DNA from: Spirochaetia bacterium
GTDB taxonomy: Bacteria > Spirochaetota > Spirochaetia > SZUA-6 > Bin103
Direction of reading: 5' to 3'
Assembly (NCBI GenBank): GCA_965208575.1
Contig: CBDBOV010000006.1
Coordinates: 64,001-128,000, forward strand
Length of the DNA stretch: 64,000 bases
Position numbers and translations under genes: made by a program. Under the pieces are notes generated by a model. It had not been told where the DNA came from. It made no database searches and saw only the letters and a program-made list of their open reading frames with translations. Shown piece by piece: positions 27,720 to 38,177 of this stretch; position 1 is the first letter of the stretch, and every line of letters begins with the position of its first letter.

Positions 27720-29775
27720 TTACCAGGCCGGAGCCGGAGGTGGTGGTGATGGGGCCGGCGGCGAAGCGGGTGGCGGGGCCCCAGTCCCAGCGCAGGTGGG
27801 AGCGCAGCCAGGCGTAGGTCTTGCCGTCCTCGGCGCCGCAGATCAGGTCGGGGGCGCCGTCGCCGTCCAGGTCGTGGCACCACACCGAGCACTTGTGGTG
27901 GCCCAGGTCGATCGGGGTGCCGTCGGCCTCGGTGATGAGGCGGGGGCGCTCGAACAACGGCTCGTCGCCGGTGCCGGTGTTGCGCAGCCAGAACGGGGTG
28001 GCGCAGCCGGGGAAGTGGCCGTTGACGAGGCGGGAGATGTGCCAGTTGGTGCCGGCCACCAGGTCGCGCGTGCCGTCCAGGTCCCAGTCGCAGGCGCAGA
28101 ACACGCTGCGGCCCCACAGGCCGCCGGGGCCGCAGCCGCGCACCAGGTTGCCGTCCCGGTAGCGCACCAGCGGCCCGGCCTCGAGACGTGCCGGATCGGC
28201 GCCCGCGCGCCGGTAGAGTTGCAGGAAGCCGTCGCCGTTGAGCAGCAGCAGGCAGCCGTCTCCCCACGCCGCGGGACGCGAGCGCCACGCGCCGGTGAGC
28301 GGCTCGCCGGCACAGCGCAGCGGCTCGGCGGCGGCGAAGCGCGGCTCCTGCCGGCTGCCGATGTTGCGGTACCACAGGTAGCGCCCGTATATGTCGTTGG
28401 TGATCACGTCGAGCAGGCCGTCGCCGTCCCAGTCGGTCAGCAGCGGGTTGAGGTAGCCCCAGCGCGACTCGTTCGGCCCCTGTATGGAGCCGGTGGGGCC
28501 GGCGAGGTGGTGGATCTCGCTGCCGCCCGCGTGCAGGCGCGCTCCGGCGGCGAAGTGGAACGCACCCGGCTCGGCGGCGCGGTTGGCGAACCGCCACAGG
28601 TAGCCGGAGGAATCGCCCACCACCAGGTCGGGCGCGCCGCTGCCGTCCAGGTCCGCCAGGCACGGCACCGCCAGCGTCTCGACGCGGGCAGCGCCGCCGA
28701 CCCGCTGCAGGGGCGGTCGCTCATGCCACGCTCCATCCTCGAAGTCCAGCCAGATCACCACGCCCGGGTTGCCGGTGATCAGGATCTCCTGTTCGCCGTC
28801 GCCGTCCAGGTCGCAGCAGCCGAGCGAGGTCTCGAAGTAGCCGCGCCGCAGCGGGCTGCACGGCAACTCCCACTCCTCCCCGGTTGCTCCCAAGCGGGGT
28901 AGCTCTTCATCGGCACCGCTCGCCGTAACCGCCAGGCGCAGGGCGAACAGGCGGTCCACGTCGCGGCGCACCAGCAGTTCCAGGGCGCCGTCGCGGTCGA
29001 TGTCGACCAGGGCGGCGTCGGTGCGGCCGTCCCAGGAGCGGTACTCGGCCAGTTGCTCCGGCGGGCCGAACAGCGGCTGCGCGTTGCTGCCGGTGTTGCG
29101 CAGCAGGAACACGCGCGTGGTCGGCTTGCGGCCCATCCAGGTGCCGTCGGCGCGGTAGCCGCGCCCGGCGCCCATGTTCGGGTAGTCGCGCAGGTCGGTG
29201 CCGCGTGCGTCCGGCCAGTACTCCAGCACGTACTGGTACAGGCAGGAAATGACGACGTGGGTGACACCGGCCGCGTCATGGTACGGGTTCAGGTTCCACA
29301 GGTCGGCGGCGGCGAACACGTCGGCCAGTGGTCGGCCCGCGACCGGGACGCGCTCCACCGGAGCGGCGAAGCGGGGAGACGAGCGCGGCCCCCGGTTGCG
29401 GTACAGCTTGAGCCAGCCGGGGTCGGTCTCTCGTGCCGGGTCGCGCGTCCGGTTGCCGAAAGTGAGCAGGTTCAGGTCGCCCTCGGGAGTGACCAGCGGC
29501 ATGGCATGGTAGCCGGTTACCCCGGTGACCGGTTCGGGAGGCTCGTACACCGGCACCGCCGCCCGCCCGCCGCGGCGTTCGCGGTACAGGTAGACCCCGC
29601 CGCGGTGCATGTTTGGCAGCAGCGAGTACAGGATGTCGCGCCCGCCGTCGCCCCGCCAGTCGACCAGGAACGCCGTCCCCGACAGCCCGTCTCCCAACTC
29701 GCACCGCTCGCCGCCGCTCACCGGCAGCGGCTGCCCCGGACTGATGTCCGTTCCCTTGAGCACACCCCGCTTCAT
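27679..29775 (-). CDS. FG-GAP/VCBS repeat beta-propeller protein
   Basis: Repeated D-x-D-G-D-G motifs (DIDRDG, DLDGDG, DWDGDG, DWDLDG) and RNTG. Confidence 0.85.
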   Translation of the reverse strand: MKRGVLKGTDISPGQPLPVSGGERCELGDGLSGTAFLVDWRGDGGRDILYSLLPNMHRGGVYLYRERRGGRAAVPVYEPPEPVTGVTGYHAMPLVTPEGDLNLLTFGNRTRDPARETDPGWLKLYRNRGPRSSPRFAAPVERVPVAGRPLADVFAAADLWNLNPYHDAAGVTHVVISCLYQYVLEYWPDARGTDLRDYPNMGAGRGYRADGTWMGRKPTTRVFLLRNTGSNAQPLFGPPEQLAEYRSWDGRTDAALVDIDRDGALELLVRRDVDRLFALRLAVTASGADEELPRLGATGEEWELPCSPLRRGYFETSLGCCDLDGDGEQEILITGNPGVVIWLDFEDGAWHERPPLQRVGGAARVETLAVPCLADLDGSGAPDLVVGDSSGYLWRFANRAAEPGAFHFAAGARLHAGGSEIHHLAGPTGSIQGPNESRWGYLNPLLTDWDGDGLLDVITNDIYGRYLWYRNIGSRQEPRFAAAEPLRCAGEPLTGAWRSRPAAWGDGCLLLLNGDGFLQLYRRAGADPARLEAGPLVRYRDGNLVRGCGPGGLWGRSVFCACDWDLDGTRDLVAGTNWHISRLVNGHFPGCATPFWLRNTGTGDEPLFERPRLITEADGTPIDLGHHKCSVWCHDLDGDGAPDLICGAEDGKTYAWLRSHLRWDWGPATRFAAGPITTTSGSGLVINVDPRVRERKST

Positions 29776-29899
29776 AGGGGCCGAGCGTAGGCGTGCGTGC
29801 ACCTTATGTCACGACCATTGCGGTTGATGCGGGTTGATGCGGACAATCGTCTTGCCGGACACAACCCTGCCTCGATAGCGTTACGGCAGGACGGGCGAG

Positions 29900-30148
29900 T
29901 TGATTGTCGTAGTCAAAGTCACGGCCAAGCGCCAAGTAACACTACCGGCGGCGGTACTGGAGGCACTCGGCGTCGGCGCCGGCGATCGGCTTGAGTTGCA
30001 CGAAGACCCTGGCGACTTCCTGCTCCGTCCGCAACGGGCCGCTTCTGTCCATCCGGCGCCGTTGCGCGACAAGATCCGGCGCGACCCGGGCCCGTTCGAC
30101 CTGGAGGAGTTCAGAGGCCAGCCCCATGACCCCGCGCTACGGGATTGA
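29900..30148 (+). CDS. AbrB/MazE-type antitoxin; partner toxin truncated
   Basis: VKVTAKRQVTLP..LGVGAGD; overlapping MTPRYGID toxin start breaks off. Confidence 0.8.
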   Translation: MIVVVKVTAKRQVTLPAAVLEALGVGAGDRLELHEDPGDFLLRPQRAASVHPAPLRDKIRRDPGPFDLEEFRGQPHDPALRD

Positions 30149-30160
30149 CAGGCCGGGCGG

Positions 30161-31174
30161 TTACTCCCAGGGGTTGAGGACGATCTTGGCGGATTCGCCG
30201 GCGGCGAGCAGGCCGAAGGCGTCCTGGATCTGGCTCATCGGCATGGTGTGGCTGATCAACTTGTCGATCAGCGGCGACTCGGCGATCACGCGCATCACGC
30301 CGTCGTAGTCGCGCAGGTTGTACAGCCAGACACCGGCGATGTGCAGGCCCTTGCGGATCATGTCTGGACTGATGGTGAGGGGCATCGCCTTGGAGTTTTC
30401 GCCCACGAATACCACGCGCCCGCGGCGCCGCACGGCGTCGATGCACAGCCGCTCGCCGGCCACGGCGCCGGAGCAGTCCACCGCGGCGTCCACGCCGCGT
30501 CCGCCGGTCAGGTCGCGGATGCGCGCCTCCAGGTCGCCTTCCGCCGGGTCGAGCACCACTTCCGCGCCTAGCTCGCGGCCGAGCGCGGCGCGCCACGGCG
30601 CCGGCTCCACCGCCAGCACACGCGCGCCGCGGAACTGCGCGTTGATGACGCCGCCCAGGCCCACCGGTCCGAGGCCGGTGATCAGCACCGTGTCGAAGGC
30701 GTCCACGCCGATCGCCTGCAGGCCGGCGAACGAGGCTCCGATGCCGTCGATCGCCATGGTGGCCTGCTCGTAGGTGACCTTGTCCGGGATCGGCATCAGC
30801 AGCCAGGATGGCTTGACGATATACTGCGAGAACGTCCCGCGCCCGTCGTTGGTGCCGTGCACGGCCTCGTGGTCGATGGTGTCCTCGCAGTAGGTGTAGT
30901 CGCCGGCGCGGCACAGGGCACAGGTGCCGCACGGGAGCTGCGGCATGATCACCACCCGGTCGCCCACCTGCACGCGCCCCGGCTGGGCGACCTCCACCAC
31001 CTCGCCGGCGCCCTCGTGGCCGATGGTTTCCATCCGATGCCCCGCCATCCACGCCTTGTACTCGGTGCACATCGCCGACGCGTGCACCTTGACCAGCACC
31101 CAGTCGTCCTTCGCCTCCGGCACCGACGCCGGCACCACGTCCGACTGCCGCTCCCCCGTGATCCTCGCCTTCAT
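30161..31174 (-). CDS. Zinc-binding alcohol dehydrogenase
   Basis: GHEGAG, CGTCALC..C, GLGPVG. Confidence 0.92.
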   Translation of the reverse strand: MKARITGERQSDVVPASVPEAKDDWVLVKVHASAMCTEYKAWMAGHRMETIGHEGAGEVVEVAQPGRVQVGDRVVIMPQLPCGTCALCRAGDYTYCEDTIDHEAVHGTNDGRGTFSQYIVKPSWLLMPIPDKVTYEQATMAIDGIGASFAGLQAIGVDAFDTVLITGLGPVGLGGVINAQFRGARVLAVEPAPWRAALGRELGAEVVLDPAEGDLEARIRDLTGGRGVDAAVDCSGAVAGERLCIDAVRRRGRVVFVGENSKAMPLTISPDMIRKGLHIAGVWLYNLRDYDGVMRVIAESPLIDKLISHTMPMSQIQDAFGLLAAGESAKIVLNPWE

Positions 31175-31395
31175 GTGCTCGTCTCCCCCTCCGCGGCTGG
31201 TCATGTCCGCGTGTCTCGCAGGCTCCCCCGGTTGCCCGCGAACGTCAAGCGACGCCGCACGGCGCCCCACGGCGACGCACGGCACCGCACGACGGTGGTT
31301 TACCAGTCGGCCTCCCCTGTGATTCCGTAACGGCAAACGGGAGGCGTCGTCCGCGCGGCTCGACCGCTCGTGCGAGCGCCATGCGGGAGCACTAC

Positions 31396-32487
31396 ATGAA
31401 GATTACCGGCGTTCGCGTCGAGAGCTACAAATGGCCGCGCAGGCGGCCGATCTCCAACGGCTTGCACACCTACACCCACAGCGGCGTGGGATTCGTTTTC
31501 ATCGACACCGACGAGGGCGTCACCGGCATCGGCCTCGGCGCCACCAAGCGCGGCGTGGTGGGAGACGCCATCGCGCACTTCACGCCGCAGCTCATCGGCG
31601 AGGATCCGATCAACGTGGAACGCATCTGGCACAAGCTGTGGGTGCCGAAGCTGGTCGGCCGGCGCGGCCTGACCACGCGCGCCATCAGCGCCATCGACAT
31701 CGCGCTGTGGGACCTGCGCGCCAAGGTGGCCGGCATGCCGCTGTACCGGATGCTCGGCGGCTACCGGTCGCGCGTGCCCACCTACATCGCCGGCGGCTAC
31801 TACGAGGACGGCAAGGGCCTGAAGGAGCTGCAGGAGGAGCTCGCCGGCCACGTCGAGGCGGGCGCGAAGGCGGTGAAGATGAAGATCGGCGCGGTGCCGA
31901 TCCGGGAGGACGCGGAGCGCGTGAAGGCGGCGCGCGCGGCGGTCGGGCCGGACGTCAAGCTGATGATCGACGCCAACTGCGCCTACCGCTGGTACCAGGC
32001 GGTGCAACTCGCCGAGCGGGTGGCCGAGTACGACCCGTTCTGGTTCGAGGAGCCGATCGCCCCGGACGACTACGAGGGCCACCGGCGGATCGCCGAGAAG
32101 ACCACCATCCCGGTCGCTACCGGCGAGAACGAGTACACCCGCTACGGCTTCCGCGACCTGATCGCCACCGGCGCCGTGCCGATCCTGAATCCCGACGCGG
32201 TCATTCTCGGCGGCATCACCGAGTTCATGAAGGTGGCCGCGCTGGCGCAGGCGCACGACCTGGACATCGCCCCGCACGGCGCCCAGGAGGTGCACGTCCA
32301 CCTGGTGGCCGCTATCGCCAACGGCCTGATCCTGGAGTTCTATCCCGAATACATGGATCCGATGTGGGGCAAGATCTACACCGAGACCCTCACGCTCAAC
32401 GACGACGGCACGGTGAGCCCGCCCGAGGTGCCCGGCATCGGCCTGGAGCCGCGCTACGAAACGCTCGCCCCCTACCGCGAGCAGTAG
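31396..32487 (+). CDS. Mandelate racemase/muconate lactonizing enzyme family
   Basis: SAIDIALWDL, KMKIG, DAN, EEP, GENE. Confidence 0.93.
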   Translation: MKITGVRVESYKWPRRRPISNGLHTYTHSGVGFVFIDTDEGVTGIGLGATKRGVVGDAIAHFTPQLIGEDPINVERIWHKLWVPKLVGRRGLTTRAISAIDIALWDLRAKVAGMPLYRMLGGYRSRVPTYIAGGYYEDGKGLKELQEELAGHVEAGAKAVKMKIGAVPIREDAERVKAARAAVGPDVKLMIDANCAYRWYQAVQLAERVAEYDPFWFEEPIAPDDYEGHRRIAEKTTIPVATGENEYTRYGFRDLIATGAVPILNPDAVILGGITEFMKVAALAQAHDLDIAPHGAQEVHVHLVAAIANGLILEFYPEYMDPMWGKIYTETLTLNDDGTVSPPEVPGIGLEPRYETLAPYREQ

Positions 32488-32489
32488 CG

Positions 32490-33227
32490 ATGAGCGAGGT
32501 AGCGATCGTGACCGGCGCCAGCCGCGGCATCGGCGCCGCGACGGCGCGCCTGCTGGGGCAGCGCGGCTACCGGGTGTGCGTCAACTACCGCACCGAGCCG
32601 GAGGCCGCGCAACGGGTGTGCGCACAGATCGAGGCGGACGGAGGGCGCGCGATCGCCGTGGCCGCCGACGTGAGCGATGCAGAACAGGTGGAGCGCATGT
32701 TCGCCGCCGTGGACCGCGATCTCGGCCCGGTCACCGCGCTGGTCAACAACGCCGGTTCCCTCGGCCCGACCACGCACGTCGCCGATCTCGCGTTGCACGA
32801 CCTGCAGCGCGTGCTGGCAGTGAACGTGGTGGGCGTGGTGCTGTGCACGCAGCAGGCGCTGCGGCGCATGTCGACGGCCGGCGGCGGGGGCGGCGGCGCC
32901 ATCGTCAACGTGTCGTCGGGTGCGGCCTACCTCGGCGGTCCGGGCGCCAGCGTGCACTACGCGGTCACCAAGGGCGCCGTGAACAGCTTCACCATTGGCG
33001 TGTCGCAGGAGGTGATGGCCGACGGCGTCCGGGTGAACGCCGTCAGTCCGGGACTCACCGATACCGCGATGGTGCGCCACACCGACATGGCCAGCGCCGC
33101 GGCCGCGATCCCGGCCGGCCGCGTCGCCCAGCCGGAGGAGGTGGCCGAGGCGATCGTGTGGCTCTTGTCGCCGCAGGCCCGCTTCGTGGCGGGCGCCAAC
33201 ATACGCGTCGCCGGCGGCCGACCGTAG
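32490..33227 (+). CDS. SDR oxidoreductase
   Basis: TGASRGIG, NNAG, YAVTK. Confidence 0.93.
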   Translation: MSEVAIVTGASRGIGAATARLLGQRGYRVCVNYRTEPEAAQRVCAQIEADGGRAIAVAADVSDAEQVERMFAAVDRDLGPVTALVNNAGSLGPTTHVADLALHDLQRVLAVNVVGVVLCTQQALRRMSTAGGGGGGAIVNVSSGAAYLGGPGASVHYAVTKGAVNSFTIGVSQEVMADGVRVNAVSPGLTDTAMVRHTDMASAAAAIPAGRVAQPEEVAEAIVWLLSPQARFVAGANIRVAGGRP

Positions 33228-33444
33228 TGACGTTGGTATGCCGTTGGATGGTGTCACGTCGGTCTGAAAGATGGACGGCGACGCCGATTCCGATACAGAT
33301 AGGAGGCGAGTAGCCAGAGTCATGGCGTGTCATGGCAGTGTTGTCGGTGCCACGTCCGTGGCAGGAGCACCTGGGAGTAGCAGCGACCCGAGTCGTTGGT
33401 CGAGATGCTGCGCCAGGTCGAATCGGACCAGCCGCGCTGCGAGG

Positions 33445-34476
33445 TCAGCCGCCCTGGTCGCGCGGGCGACGGAGCGCGGCAAGGAACTCCGTCTCATCCG
33501 CGCAGCCAATTGCCGCCGCCAGCAGCGCCTCATCGGACGCCGTGGCGAAAGCTGCCGTAGCGGCGGAGAACCGCGCCGACACTGCAATGCCGCGTGACTG
33601 CAGAATCTGACGGACCATCTGCGTCCGGGCTTCCGTCCGACCTGCCGCGTGACCTTCAGCCCGGCCTGCCGCAAGACCTGCTGCATGGCCCTGGTCGAAC
33701 CCCTGGCGCCGTTGCGAGCGGAGCAGCGGGTCGTCGTCCGGGCCGGTGCCTTCGCGCGCGCCGAGCGCCGCTCCGACCCGCTCCACCACCGCGCTGGTGC
33801 GCGCGGACGGCTCCGGCTCGGTCAACGCCAAGTGAATCTCGTCCGCCCGCCAGCCGGGAAACGCCCGGCTCTCCGCCGCAACTCGGAACCGGCCATGCTC
33901 CAGCAGGTGAATAGTCAGCCCCGGGCGGCGTCGGTGCGGCCGGCTCGGTGAAGGCGTGTCCGGCACCTCCACCCACACTTCCGGGAATCCCCACGATTCG
34001 TACATCGCGAGCTTGCCGCGGTGGACGTCGGTGGTGTGATCCACCTCCAGCACCACGTCGGGAAAGTCATCCTCGCCCACCACCATGGCCGCGGGCCCGG
34101 GCCCGGCACGCCCCGGAAGCAGGTACACCGACTCGTCGGCCTGCATGATGCGCCGCGGCTCGCCGCTTGCGTCGCGCCACAGCAGGTCCATCGAGCCGTA
34201 CGATTCGATCGGCGACCCGCGCACTGCGGCGATCCGCTCGGCGAGGCGCGTCAGGCGACGAGTGGGCCGCTCGTGGTAGGGGGTGGCCGGATCGCAGATC
34301 CAGGCGGTCTCGGTGGCCGCGTCCCAATACTCGAGCCGTCCCTCGAAGCGCTCGATCTCGGTCCGCGTCAGGCGAACGGGCGTGCAGCCGGGGAACGCCG
34401 GCGGCTGGCCGTACCGGGGTTGCGCTACTTCGTACGCTTCGTACCGTCTGGTTGACGGTGCTTTCGTGCTGGCCAT
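33445..34476 (-). CDS. Uma2-family endonuclease-like protein
   Basis: QADES...PDVVLEVD...GFPEVW; G-x-A-A-G repeats near the C-terminus. Confidence 0.82.
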   Translation of the reverse strand: MASTKAPSTRRYEAYEVAQPRYGQPPAFPGCTPVRLTRTEIERFEGRLEYWDAATETAWICDPATPYHERPTRRLTRLAERIAAVRGSPIESYGSMDLLWRDASGEPRRIMQADESVYLLPGRAGPGPAAMVVGEDDFPDVVLEVDHTTDVHRGKLAMYESWGFPEVWVEVPDTPSPSRPHRRRPGLTIHLLEHGRFRVAAESRAFPGWRADEIHLALTEPEPSARTSAVVERVGAALGAREGTGPDDDPLLRSQRRQGFDQGHAAGLAAGRAEGHAAGRTEARTQMVRQILQSRGIAVSARFSAATAAFATASDEALLAAAIGCADETEFLAALRRPRDQGG

Positions 34477-34564
34477 GGGCGCCAGCGTATCCCATCGCGT
34501 GCACCCATGCAAACCGAACGTTCCAGACCATGTCGTAAACTGAGAATGAATGCCGCATTGCATC

Positions 34565-34596
34565 TTGACATCATCTCCATGAGGCATCATGATGTC
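34565..34596 (+). promoter_or_regulatory. vapBC promoter with overlapping palindromic operator
   Basis: TTGACA-N17-CATGAT, inverted repeat GACATCAT/ATGATGTC, ATG 8 bp after the -10 box (leaderless-like). Confidence 0.6.
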
Positions 34597-34600
34597 TACG

Positions 34601-34861
34601 ATGCGAACTACCCTGACGCTGGACGATGACCTCGCTCAGTCCTTGAAAGAACGGGCACGGCTCCTCGACTTGCCATTCAAACAGGTCGTGAACGACACGC
34701 TGCGCCGCGGGCTGTCGCCGTCCTCAAGTGATGCGGCTCCGGCCCCTTACCGCGTCGTCCCCAACGCCAGCGGGTTGGTACCCGGCGTCGACCCGCTCAA
34801 GCTGAACCAGGTGTACGATCAGCTCGAAGCCGAGACGTTCTCCAGGACGCAACGAGGGTGA
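34601..34861 (+). CDS. vapB: VapB-type antitoxin
   Basis: MRTTLTLDDDL...KQVVNDTLRRGL. Confidence 0.85.
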   Translation: MRTTLTLDDDLAQSLKERARLLDLPFKQVVNDTLRRGLSPSSSDAAPAPYRVVPNASGLVPGVDPLKLNQVYDQLEAETFSRTQRG

Positions 34862-35283
34862 TCGTCCCCGATCTCAACCTGCTGATCTACGCACACAACG
34901 AGGACGCGCCCCATCATGAGCCCGCCAGACGCTGGTGGGAGGGACTGGTGAACGGGACGGAACGAGTAGGCGTCCCGTGGGCGGTATCGACCGGATTTGT
35001 CAGGTTGATGACCAATCCCAGGGTGCTCCTCCATCCGGTGTCGACGGATGAGGCGACCGGCCACGTGCAGGCGTGGTTCCGCTTTCCGCACGTAACGCCG
35101 GTCAACCCCGGCCCCGGCCACCTCACGTGGTTTGCGCGCAACCTCGCCGCCGCCGGCGTAGGAGCCGACCTGGTTACCGACGCTCACATCGCCACGCTCG
35201 CCATGGAGTACCAGGCGGAGGTCCACTCCAGCGATACCGACTTCAGCCGCTTCCCGGGCCTCCGCTGGCGCAACCCTCTCTGA
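34858..35283 (+). CDS. vapC: PIN-domain toxin
   Basis: PDLNLLIYA, DAHIA, DTDFSRFPGL. Confidence 0.92.
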   Translation: MIVPDLNLLIYAHNEDAPHHEPARRWWEGLVNGTERVGVPWAVSTGFVRLMTNPRVLLHPVSTDEATGHVQAWFRFPHVTPVNPGPGHLTWFARNLAAAGVGADLVTDAHIATLAMEYQAEVHSSDTDFSRFPGLRWRNPL

Positions 35284-35380
35284 CGACGGGCGTCGCAGTC
35301 ATCCGCGGGCGACCACGCGGGGTTCGCGGCCCGGGGATCGTGCCGACCGTGCTCAAGGCTGCGTCGATTGGCGGCCGGGA

Positions 35381-36178
35381 TCAGCCCATGGCGATTCCGC
35401 CGTCGACGTGGATCGCCTGGCCGGTGATGTTGCAGGCTTCCTCGGAGGACAGGAAGGCGACCAGGTTGCCCACGTCCTCCGGCGTCTGCGGGCGCCCGAG
35501 CACGGCGCTGCCGGCGATTTCGTCGAACACGGCGCGCGGCTCGCGCTGCGTGCCGCCGGGATCCTGCGCCGCCAGCATCGGCGCCAGCCGCTCCCAGAAC
35601 GGCGTCCACACCAGCCCCGGCAACACCGCGTTGACGTTGACGTTGTAAGGGCCGAGGTCCTTGGCCACCACGCGGGTCAGGTTGAGCAGCGCGTTCTTGG
35701 CCGCCGCGTAGGTCGGCAGGAACACCGGGTCGCGCTTGGCGGAGATCGAGGAGATGTTGACGATCTTGCCGGAGCGGCGCTCCATCATGTGTGCGGCCAC
35801 CGCCTTGCACATGAAGAACGGGCCCTTCACGTTGACGGCGTAGTTCTCGTCCCAGTCGTCGCCGGTAAGCGTCGTGAACGGCGCCGACAGGTGGCTGCCG
35901 AAGTGGCCGGCGTTGTTGACCAGGATGTCCACCCCGCCGAATGCCGCCAGTGCCTGCCGCACCACCGCCGCGCAGTCGTCCTCGCTGGTCACGTCGCCGG
36001 CCACCGCCAGGCCGCGCCGGCCCGCCTGCTCGGCCGCTGCAACCGTCTCCGCGGCGCGTGCGACGTCGAGGTCGGACACCACCACGTCGGCGCCCTCGCG
36101 GGTCAGGCAGGCGCAGATGCCGCGCCCCATGCCACCGCCACCGCCGGTCACGATGGCCACCTTGTCCTGCAAACGCAT
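35381..36178 (-). CDS. SDR oxidoreductase
   Basis: TGGGGGMG, NNAG, YAAAK. Confidence 0.92.
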   Translation of the reverse strand: MRLQDKVAIVTGGGGGMGRGICACLTREGADVVVSDLDVARAAETVAAAEQAGRRGLAVAGDVTSEDDCAAVVRQALAAFGGVDILVNNAGHFGSHLSAPFTTLTGDDWDENYAVNVKGPFFMCKAVAAHMMERRSGKIVNISSISAKRDPVFLPTYAAAKNALLNLTRVVAKDLGPYNVNVNAVLPGLVWTPFWERLAPMLAAQDPGGTQREPRAVFDEIAGSAVLGRPQTPEDVGNLVAFLSSEEACNITGQAIHVDGGIAMG

Positions 36179-36377
36179 GCCTCGTTGTGCTACGCAAAGC
36201 CCGCTGTTGTCCAGCGCCGCGGCACCGGCTGCCACGCGGCAGCACGGAGAGTGCCGCGCTGGGCGACAGCCGTTCGCCGGACGGGATCGGAGGTGCAACG
36301 GATCGTGCGCACGGACAGCCGGATCGAGCGGCGCGGTCGCGTTGCCCGCCGGTGGCCGCGCGCGCCACAATAGCGGC

Positions 36378-37718
36378 ATGAGTGCCACTTCGCCTTCGCC
36401 GTTCGCGGCGCTGTTTACCGAGGACTCGATCTACCAGACCTGGCTCGATGTCGAGGTCGCCCTGGCCGCCGCGCAGGCGGAACTCGGCATCATCCCGGCG
36501 GCGGCGGCCGCCGAAATCGCCGCCAAGGCGAAGCTGGAGCTGGTGGACCGCGCCGCGTTTGCCGAGCACCTGGCGGTAACCAGTCACGCGCTGGTTTCGC
36601 TGGTGTGGCAGGTCGACAAGCTGTGCGAGGGCGGCGCCGGCGGCTACCTGCACTGGGGCGCCACCACCGTCAACATCACGCAGACCGCGCTGCTGCTGCT
36701 GGTGCGCCGCGCCCACCGCATGATCGGGCGCGACCTGGCGGCGCTGTTGCGCCACCTCGCCGGCCACGCCGACACCGCCCGCGACTACGCCATGGCCGGC
36801 CGCACCCATGGCCAGCACGCCCTGCCGATCACGTTCGGCTTCAAGGTGGCGACCTGGATCGACGAACTGCTGCGCCACGAGGAGCGCCTGCGCCAGCTCG
36901 AACCGCGCACCTTCCGCGCCATGTACGGCGGCGGGGCGGGAACCCTGGCCTCCCTCGGCGAGCGCGGCCCGGCGGTGCAGCGCGGCTTCGCTTCGCAACT
37001 GGACATGGCGGTAATGGAACTGCCCGCGCGCACCGCGCGCGACCACCTGGCCGAGTACGTGGCCGCGCTGGCGATACTGTGCGGCACGCTGGCGCGCATC
37101 GCGCGCGAGGTGTACACGCTGATGAAGCCGGAGTACGGCGAGGTGGAGGAAGCGGTGCCGCACGGTGCGGTCGGCAGCAGCACGATGCCGCAGAAGCGCA
37201 ACCCCAAGCTGTGCATGTTGATCCTGCAGCTCACCCCGCGCGCCCGCGCGCAGGTGGCGCCGGCGCTGGAGTCGCTCGAGTCGGATCACGAAGAGGACGG
37301 CAGCCAGTGCCACGTGATGGAGCACGCCATCACCGAGGCGGTGATCGCCACCGGCGACGCGCTGCAGGCGACGGTCGCGCTGGCCGCCGGGCTGCACACC
37401 GACCGCGAGCGGATGCGGCGCAATCTCGACATGAGCGGCGGCCTCATCGTCTCCGAGCGGGTGATGATGGTGCTCGGCGAGCGGATTGGCCGCCAGCTCG
37501 CCCACGACGCGGTGTACGAGGCAGCGCAGGGCGCCCACGCGACCGGCTCCACGTTCGCCGAGGAGTTGCTGGCCGAACCGGAGGTCGCCGCCCACCTCAC
37601 CGCCGAGCAGATCGCCGAGTTGCTCGACGCCGGCCGCTACACGGGCCTCTCCGCCCGCTTCGCCGAGCAGGCCGCCGCGGCGGCGCGCTCCGCGGCGGAT
37701 CGGGCGATCCCGGAGTAG
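36378..37718 (+). CDS. Adenylosuccinate lyase / 3-carboxy-cis,cis-muconate cycloisomerase family
   Basis: HWGATT, GRTHGQHA, GSSTMPQKRNP. Confidence 0.9.
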   Translation: MSATSPSPFAALFTEDSIYQTWLDVEVALAAAQAELGIIPAAAAAEIAAKAKLELVDRAAFAEHLAVTSHALVSLVWQVDKLCEGGAGGYLHWGATTVNITQTALLLLVRRAHRMIGRDLAALLRHLAGHADTARDYAMAGRTHGQHALPITFGFKVATWIDELLRHEERLRQLEPRTFRAMYGGGAGTLASLGERGPAVQRGFASQLDMAVMELPARTARDHLAEYVAALAILCGTLARIAREVYTLMKPEYGEVEEAVPHGAVGSSTMPQKRNPKLCMLILQLTPRARAQVAPALESLESDHEEDGSQCHVMEHAITEAVIATGDALQATVALAAGLHTDRERMRRNLDMSGGLIVSERVMMVLGERIGRQLAHDAVYEAAQGAHATGSTFAEELLAEPEVAAHLTAEQIAELLDAGRYTGLSARFAEQAAAAARSAADRAIPE

Positions 37719-38177
37719 CGGGCCGCGCTGCCGGTCGTACCGCCGCCCCGCAACCGGGCCGCGGTGCGCTGAGCGCAACCGCCGCGTCGCGACAGGCTCG
37801 CTTGCCTGCAACCGCCCGCGGCACGCGCGGTTGCAGACCGACCGAGGCCGAAGTAGCCGGCGCAGCGTTGCCGGTCGATCAACGCGGCAGCCGGGCCGCG
37901 GTGCGCTGGGAGCAACCATCGGGTCGGCACCGATCCGCTTGCCAGCCATCGCCGGCGGCAAATCGGACGGCGGCACCGCGGCACAACCACGGGCGCGGTG
38001 CTCGAACCGACTCGGATTGGCGGCAGACGCCGACTCGCGCGGGTGCTTCCAGGCACGCGCAGAACCGCCGCCACCTCAACGTGTTGGGTATGATGTCCGT
38101 TCGGCTCGTTGGGGCGTGCGCCGAAGCGCTGGCGGCGCGGATCGCCGTTCGAGGCGGGGCGAACCAGCCGCGAAGGA

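Noticed and set aside
35184-37976. 930-aa minus-strand ORF, and similar long ORFs such as 14366-16519 and 43987-45810
   Set aside because: Antisense or alternate-frame shadows of well-supported genes; low-complexity Arg/Ala/Gly content typical of high-GC DNA.
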